Of a stretch of 64,000 nt of DNA, positions 61,536 to 64,000 are shown in pieces; position 1 is the stretch's first letter, and every line of letters begins with the position of its first letter. The stretch is from positions 256,001 through 320,000 of the forward strand of contig CP182352.1 in NCBI GenBank assembly GCA_048571215.1, written 5' to 3'. The notes beneath the pieces are model-generated. The model was not told the DNA's origin and ran no database searches. It worked only from the letters and a program-made list of their open reading frames with translations. The translations under genes were made by a program, and so were the position numbers. The stretch is from Halarcobacter sp. (GTDB lineage Bacteria; Campylobacterota; Campylobacteria; Campylobacterales; Arcobacteraceae).

Positions 61536-62351
61536 ATGTTTAATAATATCTCTATGCAAGCTTCAAAACTAATAAATCTTACAAAAAAAAACTCTAAAAA
61601 ATCTAAAACTAAAATTGTTACAATTACATCTGGAAAAGGTGGTGTTGGAAAATCAACATTTACAGCAAATATTGCTTATTTATTAGCAAAAAGAGGCTTT
61701 AAAATAGCTATAGTTGATGCAGATATAGGCTTAGCAAATATGCAAGTTTTATTTGATGTAAGACCCAAATTAACGTTATTTGACTATGTTGAAGGCAGAA
61801 GTACTATTACAGAAGTTATTACCCAAACTGCATTTGATAATATTTCACTTATTGCAGGGAAAAGTGGATATCAATATGTAAATATAAAGAACTCATTAGT
61901 CTTAACAAGAGTAATAGATGATTTAAAAAGTATGAATAAATATGATATTATTTTAATAGATACAGGTGCTGGATTAAATGAATATGTACAAGAGTTTTTA
62001 TCTGTTTCAAATAATGTTTTAGCACTAACAACTACTGATCCTTCAGCATTAACTGATGTATATGCATTGATAAAAATGTTATCTTTAAATAAAGAAAGAC
62101 TTTTAATTTGTTTTAACCATACAAAAAATTATCAAATTGGAGAGACAATTTCTAATTCTTTAGTAAATTTAGCTAAAAAAAATAGATTAAATCCAAATTT
62201 TATGGTAAAATATATAGGTAACGTTTCCACATCATCTAATATTTCTACCACATCTAGGTTAAGAAAACTCTTTGCGCATGAGTTTGAAGATGATGATATT
62301 ACAAGACAATTACATAAGGTTATAGACTCGTTACTAATAGACATCAAATAA
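61536..62351 (+). CDS. flhG: MinD-like ATPase FlhG
   Basis: SGKGGVGKS, DADIGLAN, DTGAG; follows flhF. Confidence 0.92.
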   Translation: MFNNISMQASKLINLTKKNSKKSKTKIVTITSGKGGVGKSTFTANIAYLLAKRGFKIAIVDADIGLANMQVLFDVRPKLTLFDYVEGRSTITEVITQTAFDNISLIAGKSGYQYVNIKNSLVLTRVIDDLKSMNKYDIILIDTGAGLNEYVQEFLSVSNNVLALTTTDPSALTDVYALIKMLSLNKERLLICFNHTKNYQIGETISNSLVNLAKKNRLNPNFMVKYIGNVSTSSNISTTSRLRKLFAHEFEDDDITRQLHKVIDSLLIDIK

Positions 62352-62360
62352 GGTTTACCT

Positions 62361-62408
62361 GTGGTTCAAGTAGCATTTAAAAGTTTTTTTTCTAACATTG
62401 GAATGTAA
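62361..62408 (+). CDS. Putative 15-aa small ORF (MVQVAFKSFFSNIGM)
   Basis: TAAGG RBS, GTG start; the stop overlaps the next start as TAATG. Confidence 0.4.
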   Translation: MVQVAFKSFFSNIGM

Positions 62409-62731
62409 TGGTAGTAGAAAAGTTTTCACAAAGTGTAATTAATAGTGGAATATTCAGGCTGTACATCGCTACAGGTTTTTTCGCCACACTAATTTTCTTT
62501 GTTATAAATGCTGATTTATATACTCCAATTGAGATGATATTTGGAATTATAGGTGTAACAGTTATTTTAAAAGGGGTATCTAATATGATGCTTTCCCTTA
62601 TAATTTTATTATTTAGTTTAGATAATAAGAAAAAAGAATTAGATTTTAAATATAATGAAGATAAGATTGATGCAATGCTAGCTGAATTAGGTGTGCAAGA
62701 GGCACAAAACATTAACAATCAGCCAAATTAA
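62408..62731 (+). CDS. Hypothetical membrane protein
   Basis: Two hydrophobic segments; in the flagellar operon. Confidence 0.7.
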   Translation: MVVEKFSQSVINSGIFRLYIATGFFATLIFFVINADLYTPIEMIFGIIGVTVILKGVSNMMLSLIILLFSLDNKKKELDFKYNEDKIDAMLAELGVQEAQNINNQPN

Positions 62732-62741
62732 GGAATTTTAG

Positions 62742-63035
62742 ATGAATATATCTGCAATAAATAACTCATTAAGTCCAATAATTAATAAAGAAAATCAAAC
62801 AAAAAAAACTGATGATAGCTCTTTTGAAGAGATCTTAAAGGGTGCTATAACAGACGTAAACAAAACTCAAGTTGAAGGGTACAAAGCTATGGAAGGTATT
62901 GCAACTGGTGAAGTTAAAAATCTTCAAGAAGCTGTTCAAAAAATTGAAGAAGCTGAGTTATCTTTAAAATTAGCATTAGAAGTTAAAAACAAAGCTCTTG
63001 GTGCATATAAAGAGATAATGAGAATGAGCGTATAA
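62742..63035 (+). CDS. fliE: Hook-basal body protein
   Basis: SF...L..AI.DVN..Q, EV.NK...AY.EIMRM. Confidence 0.92.
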   Translation: MNISAINNSLSPIINKENQTKKTDDSSFEEILKGAITDVNKTQVEGYKAMEGIATGEVKNLQEAVQKIEEAELSLKLALEVKNKALGAYKEIMRMSV

Positions 63036-63046
63036 GGAGATAAATC

Positions 63047-63505
63047 ATGGGTTTTTTTGATGGATACGATATTGCAACTTCAGGTATGAGTGCACAAAGA
63101 ACTAGGATAAATGTTGTAAGTGCGAATATAGCTAATGCCAAAACAACACATACCCAAGAGGGTGGACCTTATAAAAAACAAAATGTGGTATTTGAAGAAA
63201 TTTTGATGAAAGAGAACAATAAAACAAACTCAAATAATACAAATCAAGAAGAACAAAAAGTTCAAAATACTTTAAGAGGGGTTGGAGTAAAATCTATTGT
63301 AGAAGATGATTCTAATCCTGTAATGAGATATGAACCATCACATCCAGATGCAAACGAAGATGGTTATGTTGCATATCCTAATATCAATCCAGTTATTGAG
63401 ATGGTTGATTTAATTGAGGCGATGCGTTCTTATGAAGCTAATGTTGCAACTTTCAATACTCATAAAAATATTGATTCAAAAACATTAGAGATTTTAAAAG
63501 CATAG
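63047..63505 (+). CDS. flgC: Flagellar rod protein
   Basis: SGMSAQR.R.NV...NIANA, GPY, Y.P.HPDA...GYV.YPN. Confidence 0.96.
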   Translation: MGFFDGYDIATSGMSAQRTRINVVSANIANAKTTHTQEGGPYKKQNVVFEEILMKENNKTNSNNTNQEEQKVQNTLRGVGVKSIVEDDSNPVMRYEPSHPDANEDGYVAYPNINPVIEMVDLIEAMRSYEANVATFNTHKNIDSKTLEILKA

Positions 63506-63508
63506 ATT

Positions 63509-64000
63509 ATGACAAAAGAGATTGATTTATTTTCAGCAAACAAAAGTGAAACAACTAATAAAGCAAGTGGTCCAAAATCACCTACTTCGTCGAAAAAAGA
63601 GGGAATGTCACTATTCGATTCAATATTAAGCTCTTCAAAAAAAGAGATTTCTGAAAATAAAGAACAAATAGGTAAAGACACTCAGAAAAATCTTTCTTCT
63701 AAAACAGAAGATACTAAGAGTAATAAAAATTCAAAAAATATTAAAACTACTATATCAAAAGAGAGTAATAAAAATAGTGAAACTCCTGATTTAGAAGTTA
63801 AAAAAAGTTCATCTAATTCCCTTTTAGATAGAATGATTTTAGAAGCTAAAAATGATATAAAACATAGTGAAAAAGCCAAAACTACTACACAAACAACAAA
63901 AAATCAAAATAAAATAGAAAACTCAGAAGAGATAAAAGAATCTGTAGTAGATGCAAAAAACAAATCAACAAAAAATGATAAACAAACTACAAAATTAGAA
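63509..64000 (+). CDS. 3'-truncated low-complexity ORF, probably hook-length control protein FliK
   Basis: ATG at 63509, open to the window end (MTKEIDLFSANK...SLFDSIL); K/S/E/N-rich; follows flgC. The diagnostic C-terminal domain lies outside the window. Confidence 0.5.
   Translation, partial: MTKEIDLFSANKSETTNKASGPKSPTSSKKEGMSLFDSILSSSKKEISENKEQIGKDTQKNLSSKTEDTKSNKNSKNIKTTISKESNKNSETPDLEVKKSSSNSLLDRMILEAKNDIKHSEKAKTTTQTTKNQNKIENSEEIKESVVDAKNKSTKNDKQTTKLE

Overview
AT-rich chromosomal window from a Campylobacterota bacterium, most likely Arcobacteraceae (inferred from gene style and content). Bases 1-11.5 kb are an accessory-type stretch with two chemoreceptors, a stand-alone Cache protein, methyltransferases, hydrolases and an ORF6N gene. 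A structured 700-bp non-coding region then precedes rpsL-rpsG-fusA. Next come a multi-SPOR-like protein, nadK, recN, an ankyrin protein, a Cache/CZB chemoreceptor and a three-gene two-component cluster. Core genes follow (U32, purE, glyQ, Nif3, zinc-ribbon protein, waaA, RluA-family, ffh-rpsP-khpA-rimM). From about 40.3 kb to the end lies a compact flagellar/chemotaxis supercluster (flgG, cheY, cheZ-like, flgF, flgB, fliFGH, fliN, flgD, two flgE, fliY, motAB, flhFG, fliE, flgC, probable fliK) containing several unassigned genes. I saw no rRNA, tRNA, CRISPR array or transposase. The best leads are a PomAB-like (Na+-type) stator, the unassigned motor or regulator genes, a CheZ with tandem CheY-docking-like helices, recurring G-U-compatible stem-loops, a multibranched rpsL leader, two palindromic elements, a likely non-AUG start and a coupled 15-aa sORF. 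All calls come from reading motifs by eye; no database searches were run.
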